A stretch of DNA of 59,003 nucleotides, filler included, from Basidiobolus ranarum (taxonomy: Eukaryota), in NCBI GenBank assembly GCA_040143965.1. It is 9 parts of 9 records of this genome, joined end to end, with 100 filler letters (N's around TTAATTAATTAA, not from the genome) between each part and the next. Parts side by side here need not be neighbours in the genome. Positions count along the whole stretch, not along the records: positions 6,598 to 13,088 come from JASJQH010001308.1; positions 13,189 to 19,662 come from JASJQH010001309.1; positions 19,763 to 26,234 come from JASJQH010001310.1; 6 more parts are not named here. One strand, given 5' to 3'. The position numbers and the translations under genes were made by a program. Position 1 is the first letter of the stretch; each line of letters opens with the position of its first letter. The notes under the pieces were generated by a model. It saw only the letters and a program-made list of their open reading frames with translations, did no database searches and was not told where the DNA came from. Below, one piece after another: positions 11,134 to 22,799 of the stretch.

Positions 11134-13088
11134 TGTTGATATTAGCATTGCCTAAACACCTATATAGTCATATATAGCTTAGTTTTTAATTATCATATAT
11201 TGAACTAAGATATCACCCACTATTCTCAATTGGAATTTACTAAAAGTATTTTTACCAACTTTGAAGTTCTTGTTAAAGTATTTGGCAGCCTGTTGGAAGT
11301 GGTTTGGAGAATTAGAGAAATTGGTGGTTTTCACTTGTTGATTTATTGAGTAGAAAGTTGAAAGGTATGGTTTTGTCAAGATATAAGGAGACTGACATGT
11401 AGAATGTGTCAAGGAAGGTCACAGGAACTTGTGTGCCAAGTTTGAGACTTCTAGCACAAGTTCAAATAATGCTATATATCTGAGAACTTTTAAGTTGGTA
11501 AAAAATATTCCAAGTAAATTGCAATTGAGAAAAATGGGTAATATCTTAGTGAAATATAAGATAACTAAGTACTAAGCTATATATGACTATGTAGGTGTCT
11601 ATGCAATGGTAATTTCAGCCCTCTCTCAACTACATAGTCATGTAAACTAATCCTAAGGAAGGTCTAAACATCTCAAATTTCTGTCTAGCCAATGGTGTGA
11701 TTAATATATCACCTATTATGTCTTCTGCAGAATAATAAGTTAAGTCAATAAACTTATTCTCTATAGTCTCTCTAATGAAGCAATGTATAAAATCTATGTG
11801 TTTGCTTCCATTATGAGACATGGGATTTTTAGCTAATTTGATACAATTTTGATTATTTTGAAATGTCAAAGTTGGCAAAATTTGAGAATAACCTAAATCT
11901 GTTGAGAGTTTTCTTAACCATATTGCTTCTTTTGTTGCTTCACAGGCAGTCATGTATTCAGCTTCAGTTGTTGAAAGTGCTATGTTAGGTTGTTTCTTTG
12001 AATTCCAAGAAATAGCTCCATTACAGCAAAGTAGTAAGTATCTTGTTGTAGATCATCTGTGTTCATTATATCTTTTGCAATTTGCATCTTAACATCCCAT
12101 CAGATCAAAGGTTAATCCAGAATATTTGTACTTTGAACACAGATCCACAGTACCTTTCAAGTATCTGAAAATCAACACAACTTCTATGAATTAATCTGAT
12201 CCATGATTTTGAAGATATTGGCACATAGCTCCCATGGAATATTTAATATCTGGCCATGTACCAACAATGATATACAGCAATCAACCAACCATAGATTGAT
12301 AAGGAAATATGTGGCTTTCATTTGATTCAAAGAAGGTCTGATCTGTGCCATTTTTGTTCCAGTTAAGATTTGTCTCCATTTGAGTAGATACTGGATTATA
12401 TTCTTCCTTTTTAAACTTCTTGAGTATATCTAGGATATACTTGGACTGGTTTAAAGTTATTGTTTTGGTAGTTCTATCTATCTTCATTTAGATTCCAACA
12501 TAGTGTGTCAGTTCACCAAGATCAGCCATTTTGAATTTGTTCAATGAGCTGTATTTTGTTCTCTCTAGAGTCTCTACGTCATTGGTTGCTATAATAAGAT
12601 TATTGAAATATAAGAATACTAAAACTGGGCTTTGTTAAAGTATTTGGGAGCCTGTTAGAAGTGGTTTGGAGAATTAGAGGAATTGGTGGTTGTCAATTAT
12701 TATTTTATTGAATAGAAAGTTGACATTTATAGTTTGTCAGGATATAAGCAAACTAACATGTAGAATGTGTTAAGGGAGGTCCCAGGAACATGAGTGCAAG
12801 GTTTGGGGCTTCTAGCACAAGTTTGAAAAATCTATATATCTGAGAACTTCTAAGTTGGTAAAAATATTCTAAGTAAACTCAGATTCAGAATAATTGATAA
12901 TATCTTAGTGAATTATAAAATAACTGAGTACTAAGCTATATATGACTATATAGGTGTTTAGGCAATGCTAATTTCAAACTCTCCCTCAACTAAATAGTCA
13001 TAGAAACTAATCCTAATAAAGGTCTAAATTTCTCAAATTTCTGTCTATCTAATGGTTTGGTTAACATATCAGCAATCATATCTTCTGT
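11134..13088 (-). mobile_element. Copia family A nest: forward LTR (11134-11270) interrupted by the 3' end of a reverse element (LTR 11271-11620, PPT, RNase H/RT 11630-12632), itself interrupted by a second reverse element (LTR 12633-12978, PPT, RNase H)
   Basis: RNase H ...AEYMTACEATKEAIWLRKL...SKHIDFIHCFIRE...DILITPL; RT KMADLGELTHYVGI, LNQSKYILDIL; PPT GTTGAGAGAG / GTTGAGGGAG next to the LTRs. Confidence 0.9.
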
Positions 13089-13229
13089 NNNNNNNNNNNN
13101 NNNNNNNNNNNNNNNNNNNNNNNNNNNNNNNNTTAATTAATTAANNNNNNNNNNNNNNNNNNNNNNNNNNNNNNNNNNNNNNNNNNNNGAGCCGGATCAA
13201 ATCGATTTTATTTTTGTTAGGGCTTTCTC

Positions 13230-14344
13230 TATATTGAAGCAGCCATATCTGGGAATAGCAAGAAACAACCCACTATAGCACATTCAACAACTGAAGCAGA
13301 GTATATGGCAGCATCACATACAACAAAGGAGGCTATGTGGCTAAGGAAACCATTCAAAGACTTAGGCTTTTTTCAAAGTTCACCCACCATAATTTTCAAG
13401 GATAATCAAAGTTGTATTTCTTTAGCTAAAAATCCCAAATTCCATGCTAGAAGTAAGCACATAGACATTTTACATCACTTTTGTTAAAGTATTTGGGAGC
13501 CTGTTGGAAGTGGTTTGGAGAATTACAGGAATTGGTGGTTTCATTTATTGATTTATTGAGTAGAAAGTTGATATTTTTAGTTTTGTCAATATCTAAATAA
13601 ACTAATATGTAGAATGTGTTACAAAAGGTCCCAGGAACATGTGTGCAAAGTTTGGGGCTTCTAGCACAAGTTTGAAAAATCTATATATCTGAGAACTTCT
13701 AAGTTGGTAAAAATATTCTAAGTAAATTCCAATTGTGAATAATGGATAATATCTTAGTGAATTATAACTAAGTACTAAGCTATACATGACTATATAGGTG
13801 TTTAGGCAGAGCTAATTTCAACAACTTTATTAGGGAAGCTATTGAGAATAAGCATCTACAACTACAGTACTGTCCAACTGAAGACATGCTTGCTGACATC
13901 CTTACCAAGCCATACCTCAAGCTAAAATCGTAGATTTAAGATTTAAGTTAGGATGAAGATATATGAGTATGTAGTGAGTAGGAGTGTTGAAGTTTATTAT
14001 CTTTATCATATTTGTTATCTCCATCTTTATACACCTAACTATTTCATATAGCATATATAAGCTAGTTAATATTACTTAGGCAAATATCACTTAACTGAAA
14101 ATCAGAACATATATTATATATATATATGAATATTGTGATAATTAACAATTCCATATTGGAAATTTCAAACTCATCCAAATTGCCTCAAAGATTGCTGATT
14201 TTACTCCCACAGCTGTTCTGAACACAACCCCAGTGTTAGTTTTCTGTATTTCCACCAAGATGTATAAATGCTTTATTTCTGGATAATAAATAATTATCTC
14301 ACAAAGCTATTCCCAACTCCACTTTTCTTAAGTTCCTCCAAACA
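13230..14344 (+). mobile_element. 3' end of a different copia (family B): RNase H, PPT, 3' LTR 13985-14344
   Basis: ISGNSKKQPTIAHSTTEAEYMAA...RSKHIDILHHF|IREAIENK...DMLADILTK; purine tract GAGTAGGAG, then TGTTGAAG...CCAAACA. Confidence 0.85.
13482..13823 (-). mobile_element. Full-length family A solo LTR (342 bp) with perfect TSD ACTTT inside the family B RNase H
   Basis: ACTTT (13477-13481) TGTTAAAG...TTTCAACA ACTTT (13824-13828); removing it restores HIDILHHFIREAIENK. Confidence 0.95.
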
Positions 14345-15676
14345 GCGCATATTTTCCCAATACCAATGGCATGCAATGTGCAGTCTTCTCCCATGAAAAC
14401 CTTTCTAATTGGGATTTCTTCATTATCCACAAACCAATGTTTTTCATTTGTGCAATGTTGGAAGGCTCCAGAATCAAGATACTATGTCTGAGAATCCTTG
14501 TTGGTAGTCATAGATAGAGCAGATATGAACAAGTGATCTTTTATTGTAACTACATTTCCAGATTTAGTATATTTTTCTTCTTTTGCAATTGTTTAAAAGC
14601 AAACTTTGTTTAAAAGGCCAGTTCTTTAAAGTAATCACAGAATGTGTTACTTTTCTTCTTAAAGTGCTTTTGACCTTTATAGGAAGGTTTCCCATAGCCT
14701 ATTAAAGCATTTTCTTCATTCTTTTAGTTGGATCCTGATTTGCATAAATCTTCATCTAGAAGTCTGCCAAATACATAATTTAAGGTCAAATTTTCATTCC
14801 TTGATTCTAGAGCCATTACTAGGCTCTGAAACTTGTGTGGCAGGCTATTCAGGACTGTAACTGTGATATCCTGATCAGTAGTAGGTACTCCAATGCATTC
14901 CATTACATCCACTAAAATAGTGACTCTATTAATTAGTGGTTTAATGTCTTCTCCTGGCTTTATCTTTAAGTTAAAGAATTGTCTTCTTAGAGACATCTTA
15001 TTGGCAGCAGAACTTGTTTGGTAGGTGTCTTCCAAGGCTTTCCATATCTTCTTGGCAGTTTTAGCTCTTGAACATTGGACTAGCTATTTGTCTATAACAT
15101 TAAGACAAATTGTGTTAAAGACACTTTGTTCTTTTTAACCTGGAGTAAAACTTTGGCTTGAGATAGTTTTGCATTGTTTTCTTCTCCTACAACAGTGTCC
15201 CAAAGTACCTTTTCTTGCAGCAGCATTTTCATTTTAATTTTCCAAACTTGATAATTGGTTCCATCCAATTTTTCAGAAGAGGGAAAAGTTTCAAAAATTT
15301 GAGAAGTACATATTACAGAGAGTGCAAGTTTGGGGCACATAGCCTGTTAAAGTATTTGGGAGCCTGTTGGAAGGGGTTTGGAGAATTAGAGGAATTGATG
15401 GTTTTCACTTATTGATTTATTGAGTAGAAAGTTGACATATATTGTTTTGTCAAAATGTAAGCAAACCGGTATGTTGAATGTGTTAAGGAAGGTCCCAGAA
15501 AAAAGTGTGCAATGTTTGGGGCTTCTAGCACAAGTTTGAAAAAAAATCTATACATCTGAGAACTTCTAAGTGAATTCCAATTGAGAGTAGTGGATGATCT
15601 CTTAGTGAAATATAGGATAACTAAATTCTAAATTCTATATAGCTATGTAGGTTTTTAGGCAATGCTAATTTCATCA
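14345..15676 (-). mobile_element. Decayed copia family A 5' half: LTR 15345-15676, PBS, gag, protease
   Basis: MCPKLALS...EKLDGTNYQVWKIKMKMLL; LNSLPHKFQSLVMALESR; YLDSGA protease motif; homologous to 3817-5824. Confidence 0.9.
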
Positions 15677-16043
15677 ATATCAAGCATTAGGTTGAATATA
15701 AGCAGCAATAGAAGTTAAGAAGTGACATTGAGCTTTTGTACTTCCACTCAACTAATTAAGAAATTAAACCAAAATCTTTGATTTTCATGAATAGTTGTAA
15801 ATAGCAAATGAGAATTGTTTCCATGTATTTTGATTAAAGTGAACAGAAATTTTAGGCCTTAGCAGAATATGGAGAAAATTTAGATTGGAGAATAATTATT
15901 GTTGAAGTTGATTGGTAGAGATGAAGATATTGTCCGATGATATTTGACCTCCGCAACTAAGCGCCAGCAAGTGGGCTAATTGGGCTTTTATTCATTCCCA
16001 GGATTTTCAGACTTGAAGTAGATCAGCAGATAAATGCTCATTG

Positions 16044-16082
16044 ATGGGTGAATTATGGGTGAATTATGAGTGAATTCATGGG
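16044..16082 (+). repeat. Short tandem repeat (ATGGGTGAATT)x3.5 upstream of the Lgl/Sro7 gene
   Basis: atgggtgaattatgggtgaattatgagtgaattcatggg. Confidence 0.7.
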
Positions 16083-16438
16083 ATCAGGATAGTCATATTC
16101 GGAAGCGATCAAAATACTCAGATTAGATTAATAACAAATAAATAAACACTTGGATTAAATATCAGGGTTCTAGAATGTGGATAAGATCCCAATTTCTGCT
16201 CGAATGTAATCCTGGAGGGCTTAGGAAAAGTATTCATACTCAGTTTGACGGTGGAGAACAGATATAATTTCGGATTCTCACTCCCTTTCAGCGATTTGTT
16301 TAGCCCAAGCTTTTGAAATACCTATTCTATTCAATTCTTCTTCTCAAACTTTAAACTCTACTTCCACTTGTTCATAACTATTCACAACAACGACCTGAGC
16401 ATTCCTAAATCTATCGTATTTTTCTGGAAAGAAGTGAC

Positions 16439-19400
16439 ATGTCCTTATTCAGTAAAATCAAAAATGTCATTCAAAAGGAGCAGCACAAGTATACTGCTCC
16501 TTCCATGTCTTCGTCACTCACTCCTGACTCTTTTGATTTGACTGAAGTAAGTTAAGAAAGAGTCTGTACTTACTTTTACTCTATCAGTGACCCGTACTTA
16601 TGAACACATATGAATACTTTTGCTCTTTGCTAGTTAGCCTTATATGGTCTTCCAAGTACCGTATCCACCTTAGCTTACGACCCTGTTCAAAGTTTACTTG
16701 CCGTAGGTATGTATATGAATAGGTTTATTTGGCTTATGTAACAGAGCGTATGGCTGACTAGGTTATATGAATTCTGAAGGGACATTTCAAGGCACCATTC
16801 TACTTTTTGGCAAACCTGGGATTACTGCACATCTGGCTTTACCGGAGTCTGCTGCTATATTATTTCTATCTTTTCAAGTAGGAGAAGCTCGACTTGTATC
16901 AGTTGATAGTCATCAGAATCTTGTTGTGTTCAATCTCGAATCTTTCGAACCTAGTTTTGTACACAAAGTTGCATCACCCGTTAGCTGTATGGACCTATTA
17001 CTCGGCACCGAATATATGTTACTCGGTTTGAGAAACGGCTATATAGAAATGTATAATATAAGCAGAGGATTTAAGTCAGGCTATGTGATTGAGCCAATTT
17101 CTATCGAATCCGAAAACAACAACTCTCCTTCACTCTGCGTAGTAGCGGTGCAAGTGCATCCTATTGATACCAACCAACTACTTATAGGCTATTCTTCAGG
17201 ACTAATAGCACTCTGGGACTTGAGGTCGCGTAGAGTTGTAAGGTATTATCAGTATGGGGGTCCCTCAACTGTGGTGGCACCCAAATTCTGGAATTTCAAG
17301 GAAGATGATACCTCTACCAACTACGGAGGACATTTAACGGTGATTGCTTGGCGACCCGATGGCGCACATTTTGTTTCAGGTTACGACGATGGAACAATTG
17401 TATTTTGGGATATTAAAAATGACAAGAAGCCGTTACTTGCCCGTACCATTTCGGAGCCTGATTTGAGTACGAATTATGACGGAAGTGCCAAGGCCCCCGT
17501 GCCAGCTGGCTCTGTGAAGCGCGAGCCTATCTTTAAAATCCTGTGGTGCTCTGTGTCCGATTCTGAGGATACCCATATTGCTATTGCTGGAGGTTCTTTG
17601 AATCAAGATTTACGCGGTATTAGAGTATTTGACTATCAAGGCAAGGATTATCGAGCCCCCCGTCGGTTGAGAATGCTAGCTGTTTCAGAAGATTTGGCAG
17701 ATATGTTTGTCTTCCCAAGGGAATCTCCATGGTACAATGGGACCCGCGATCCTGCAGCGATTGCAATCATCATTCCCAGTGGGGCTGTGAAGCTGCATGA
17801 ATTCAACGCAGGCTTTTCGCCGTGCAGTATTCCTTCAGAGCTCCAATGGTTAGATCCACGCATAAGCTCTGCTAAGCTAGTTGTGAATTGCCCCGACTAT
17901 CTATACAAGAACCTTGTATTCGGCTATGAGCATCCCACATCCTATGGTGGTATAGTCAAAGGTGGAATTCAAGCATCTGTAGATTCGGAAAATTTGAAGA
18001 AACTAATGCTAACGATACACCAAGATGGATCCCTACGAATCTGGAAATGTAGTCATTCGAATTTGATTCTTTTAAAGCATATCACCTTTGTGCCAGGAAG
18101 TATCCATCCCACCATATCTAAATCCCAAATCTCATTTGTTGACCCATGCTTTGAGAATGGTCAGTTGGTGATTGGTTTTAATTCAGGTCACGTACTTCAA
18201 TACTGGTTCAAAATGAATGAAGATGAAACCTCCTATTTCAATTTCATAGTTGAGAGCGTGGAGAATCTTGCACCCACTCAAGAGAACATGAACGGAACTG
18301 AATCAAATGGGCATTTACCACTGAAAAAAGCCACCACCATCGCCACTCGTACCTATATGCCTGAGCCGGCTTCTTCGGCAAATAAATCCATAGCTAATGC
18401 ATCATCTCAAAACAGACTTAGATCTTCTTCTCAACCTGCACCCGATACTTCGAAAGAAATTCCCTCAAAAGCACAAGCCACGAACGCTCCACCGCGTACA
18501 ACATCTCTTTCGTTAGAATCACCCTCCTCCGAGATTGTGGTAGCAGACACATCGAAGGAAAATATGTCTCCCAGAGAGCCCACGAAACTGAATATTATGC
18601 AAGGGCCTCTCCACTCAGAGCCTCAAACAAAGGATACTATGGTCATGAGCCACCAGGACTCTGTAGATGTTTCAACAAGCTCTTTGACAGATGACATACG
18701 TGACTTTGACTCCCCTAGGCCTATTCAAAACAACATATCTAACACGACTCCTCATTCAAGCCCCAAAAGCAATTCAGAATCACTTAAATCCGAGGCTTCC
18801 AACTCAACTCTTGAGGACAAGTTGGATGATACAAGCTTGCAATCATCGCGAAAGAACAGTGATATCAGACAAGGAGATATACCCACAAATGGACAGGATT
18901 CTATCTCTAATCAAGACGAAAATCATCCAAACAACTCTCCATTATCTCATCCATCTAGAGACCTTGACAACGGTGGTGTGAAGTCAGAGAGCACAGATGA
19001 GCATAGATCGCATGAAGGCTTAGCGGACTTTAGTGGGGAAGCTAACACCAACAATGGAAACTCCGCTCCTACCCTGCCCTACAGCGCATCTGAAAAAAGT
19101 GTTAACGATGATGATAAAGAGTTTACTAATCTTCTGAGGCTCTCGCCTAATTACCTTAACATGGGATCATATCCTTTGGTCCCATCCCTGCTCATAAGAT
19201 GTCATCAAGGAACTGTTAACAACATTGTTTCTACCGAGATAGGACTGTGAGTATCCATTAGGCTACCATTTTAAAAAACCAACTCTAATGAAGCAATTGC
19301 ATAACAGACTTGCATTAAGTGACGAAGAAGGAACCTTGAGTATCGTAGATACTATTGGTCAAAAGCTAATTTTCTACCAGGACTATAGTGGTATGGTTTC

Positions 19401-19662
19401 AAAACAAGTAGTTAGTCGTATCTGATGTGGTTAACCATCCTATTTTTGCAGATCAATCGCACCCAAGCGAGGCAGAGGTTGGCGCGGAAGCTTACAGTGT
19501 AAATAGTGTGACTGTGGATAGAATTACTGCTATGATGTTTGTCGAGTCGTACACTAAAGAAACCGGTACATTTACTCAATGTTCAAGCATCCATATGGAG
19601 AGAACTAACCCCTTTTACTTAGATCACATGAGTATCAAGCTAGTCACTGGTTCGTTCCGTGG
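16439..19662 (+). CDS. Lethal giant larvae / Sro7 / tomosyn family WD40 protein, 3' truncated at contig end
   Basis: YGLPSTVSTLAYDPVQSLLAVG|TFQGTILLFGKPG, QLLIGYSSGLIALWDL, AWRPDGAHFVSGYDDGTIVFWD, REPIFKILW, SPWYNGTRDP; long Ser-rich insert. Confidence 0.9.
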
Positions 19663-19762
19663 NNNNNNNNNNNNNNNNNNNNNNNNNNNNNNNNNNNNNN
19701 NNNNNNTTAATTAATTAANNNNNNNNNNNNNNNNNNNNNNNNNNNNNNNNNNNNNNNNNNNN

Positions 19763-20584
19763 TTTAGTGGTGCTCCAATGGATAAGATCTCATCTACCGT
19801 AGTTTTTATCTGATTTATATGATTAAGCATAGAATCATCAGGATTCATCTGAATTGAGAACAATTCTCACCTAAGATATAGCCTATTAGCCAGACTTTTA
19901 GCTTCATATAGTCCCTCAAGTGTTTTCCCAAGCATTTTGGATGTTTTTGGCTGATTGTATGTGCCTCAATGGAGAATCTCTGAGATGTAGACAAAGTGTA
20001 GAGAGTGCTTTCCTCTGCTTCTTGTGAAAGGCAAGGATAGCTTCTGGTGGTTCCTTTGGCTCTATTTCTTCTCCTGGAACAAATCCCCAAAGGTCCTTAT
20101 CTTCTAGCACCATTTGCATCTTGAACTTCCAAAAGTGAAAGTCTTGAGCATCAAACTTCTCTGTGGATGCAAAAACGTTGGTAATAGTACTGGTAGACAT
20201 TCCATTAAGAGCTAGCTTGGGGCTCATAACCTGATAAAAGTGTTTAGGGGATTTGGAAGTGCTTTGGACAAGATTTGGATTTGTGAATTGGACACTTAAG
20301 TTTTATTGAATTGAATATGTCCTATTTATAGTTTACTATGAAATAGGACTATTGGACATGCTTAGATCATAACAAACATGCCTATTAAGCATGGGTGAAA
20401 ATTTGAGATGATTTGGAGAAGTTTTGAGAAAATAGTGAAAATTGGTAAAAGTGATCTAATTGATATTTCTTTCAATTAGAGCAATAGACACACGTTTTGG
20501 AATAACAAAATTGAGTGCTAAATAATCAGAATATGTAAAAACTCACTACTAAATAATGAGTTGCTATTACACCTAATTTCAACA
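19763..20584 (-). mobile_element. Copia family D 5' end: LTR 20232-20584, PBS GGTTATGAGCCCC, gag
   Basis: MSPKLALNGMSTS...EKFDAQDFHFWKFKMQMVLEDKDLW; LTR homologous to 20661-21010 and 49940-50291. Confidence 0.9.
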
Positions 20585-21010
20585 TAGTTAAACCAAAATT
20601 TGATTTATTAAGATATTAATCAGGTAAAAGATATATACAAAATGATTAGTTGAGTGGGAATGTTGACATAAGGCCAATAGCAATTTGTTGTTAAGTAGTT
20701 AGTTTATTCCTATTCTGATTAGTTAGCAGTCAATTTTGATATCCAAAAATGTGTGTTATTGCCCTAATTCATCAAAATATCAATTAGATCATTTTAACCA
20801 ATTTTCACTATTTCCTCAAAACTTCTCAAAATCACCTTGTACTTTTACCCATGCTTAACAGGCATGTTTTCTATGAACTAAGCATGTACAATAGTTCTAC
20901 TTCATAGTAAACTGTAAACAGAAAATACTCAATTCAATAATACTTAGGTGTCTAAATAAAAATCCAAAGATTGCCCAAAACACTTCCAAATCCCCTAAAC
21001 ACTCTTATCA
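20585..21010 (+). mobile_element. Copia family D 3' end: pol tail, PPT and 3' LTR (20661-21010)
   Basis: TTGAGTGGGAA then TGTTGAC...CTTATCA; inverted copy of the adjacent LTR. Confidence 0.85.
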
Positions 21011-22750
21011 GTTTGTTTGTATATACAGTCTCTTCTTCTGATGTGAAGCCCTCACTGAATGGGTTAACCAGCCATTGCTGCTGGTGAATAGTTGAACATG
21101 TCAATGCAGAATGTCTCACTGAGGTTTGTGCATGGGATTTGTTGCTACTTCAACATCATTAGAATCCTCATCTCTTTTAAGTGGCTTTGGTCATGGTTGC
21201 ATGGCAGTATGTGTTTGAGCTAGTTGTTTACCCTGTGGTTTGTGTTAGGCAGTCATTACTTCTTAAACAACTAAAGAAGCCTCATTACTTTCAACTGGTT
21301 GTTGCCATGGTCAAATGGCAACACAATTTGTAGCAAGTCTTCTGCCTTGAGGTTTGCTTTTGGTAGTCCTTTCCTCTTCAACCATAGTGGAAGCTTCTTC
21401 TCTTTTAACAGGCCATGACCTCTGTTGCATGGCAGAATACATTGGCAGAGATTGTCTACCTTGAGGATTGTGTTCAGCCATTGTGGCTTCTTCAAGCTCA
21501 GTAAGAGCTTCACTATCTCTCTCAATTACCCATAGTCTTGATCTCATGGGAATATGAGTTGTAATGGATCAAAACTCAGTACTTTGTTCTCAGATATCAA
21601 ATCTTAATCCAACAAGGTGGGAGGTGCAATGTTTCTTGCAGTTGGTCTTTTTTACTGTTCGATGGTAGTACAAGTTAAACTGATATGCCTGTCTGGTGGC
21701 ATGTTGCTTGGAGCAGACTCTTCTCCTGATGTATAAAGCTCACTGGTTGGTTTGGTGAGTCAAGTCAATAGTGCACAATGATCTGTGATGGTGTGGCTCA
21801 TCCTCTTTATGGTTCTTCAGCAACTGCTTGCTCTTCATCAAAAACAGAAAAATATCATGGACTCTTCAAAGCAGACTTTGCTGTCAATGTGTTTTACTAG
21901 CAGATGAACCAACTTGTTGGGCTCTTGATATGTACTGCTAGCATATGAAGTAACTCTTTGGGCTCTTGCCCTTGTTGGAGGTGTGACCTTAATTCTAGTG
22001 GGGAGTGATGTAGATTCATTATCGGAAATAGAATTTATTGTCAGGAGTCTCTTTGATTGGGAGTGTTCTAGTATGTCTGTGCAAAGGTCAAGACTGCTGC
22101 AATTTGCCTTTGGGAATATCTTTTAACTCAATATGTTGTCTTGCTTTTGTTTTGACTTCTCTGTTGATTACTCTTGGCTAAGTGTCCTGAAATGTTGATT
22201 TGAACTCTGAAACCTCCAACAACAGTTGCTGCAGAGTCTCATTGAATAGTGGTAGATATCTTTCTAGAGCATTTTTTGCCGCTAAAGCCCAGGTTGGAAT
22301 GGCTGCTTCCTGTCCATAGAGGCAAAAAGGCAACTGGAATTGCAACTTTTTGCACTCAAAATCCAAGTTCCTAATTTTCCATTCACAAGTTCTAGCATCA
22401 AGAGTTTTATTGTATATTTTGTTGCAGACTTCTGAAGGCATGAAGATATAGCATTCCCTCCAAAGCAGATTCAAAAGTTTCTTTGACTTTTGTCTAATGG
22501 CCCCTTCCCCACCTTTTGTCAAGTTTATCAATAACTCCCATTTATCCATGCAAGAAGTCATAGTGGACACCGGCGCATCTGTAACATTGTTATGCACATG
22601 CTGCTTTGCACCACAAACACCTTGATTCTATTGTGTGTGCATAATGTTGATAGTGGTAGTTTCTGTGTCAAAGTAGGTAGTGAATCAGTGAGACTCTGTT
22701 TCAACATGATATCTAGCCCCCATATATATCTATGATATTAAATCTCATTG
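21011..22750 (-). mobile_element. Decayed accessory ORF region downstream of the CACTA transposase, with ~117-bp (39-aa) tandem repeats
   Basis: ORF fragments 22178-22597 and 21311-21547 (PQGR...WPVKR repeats); homologous to 51750-52464 on another contig; CpG-poor. Confidence 0.55.
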
Positions 22751-22799
22751 GTTGCCATCAGAATTAGGGATCTTTTTATTTTATTGGCAAAAATATCAA

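Noticed and set aside
21190-21560. Spaced repeats that might suggest a CRISPR-like array
   Set aside because: Units are degenerate ~117-bp tandem coding repeats without unique spacers; eukaryotic context and no cas genes.
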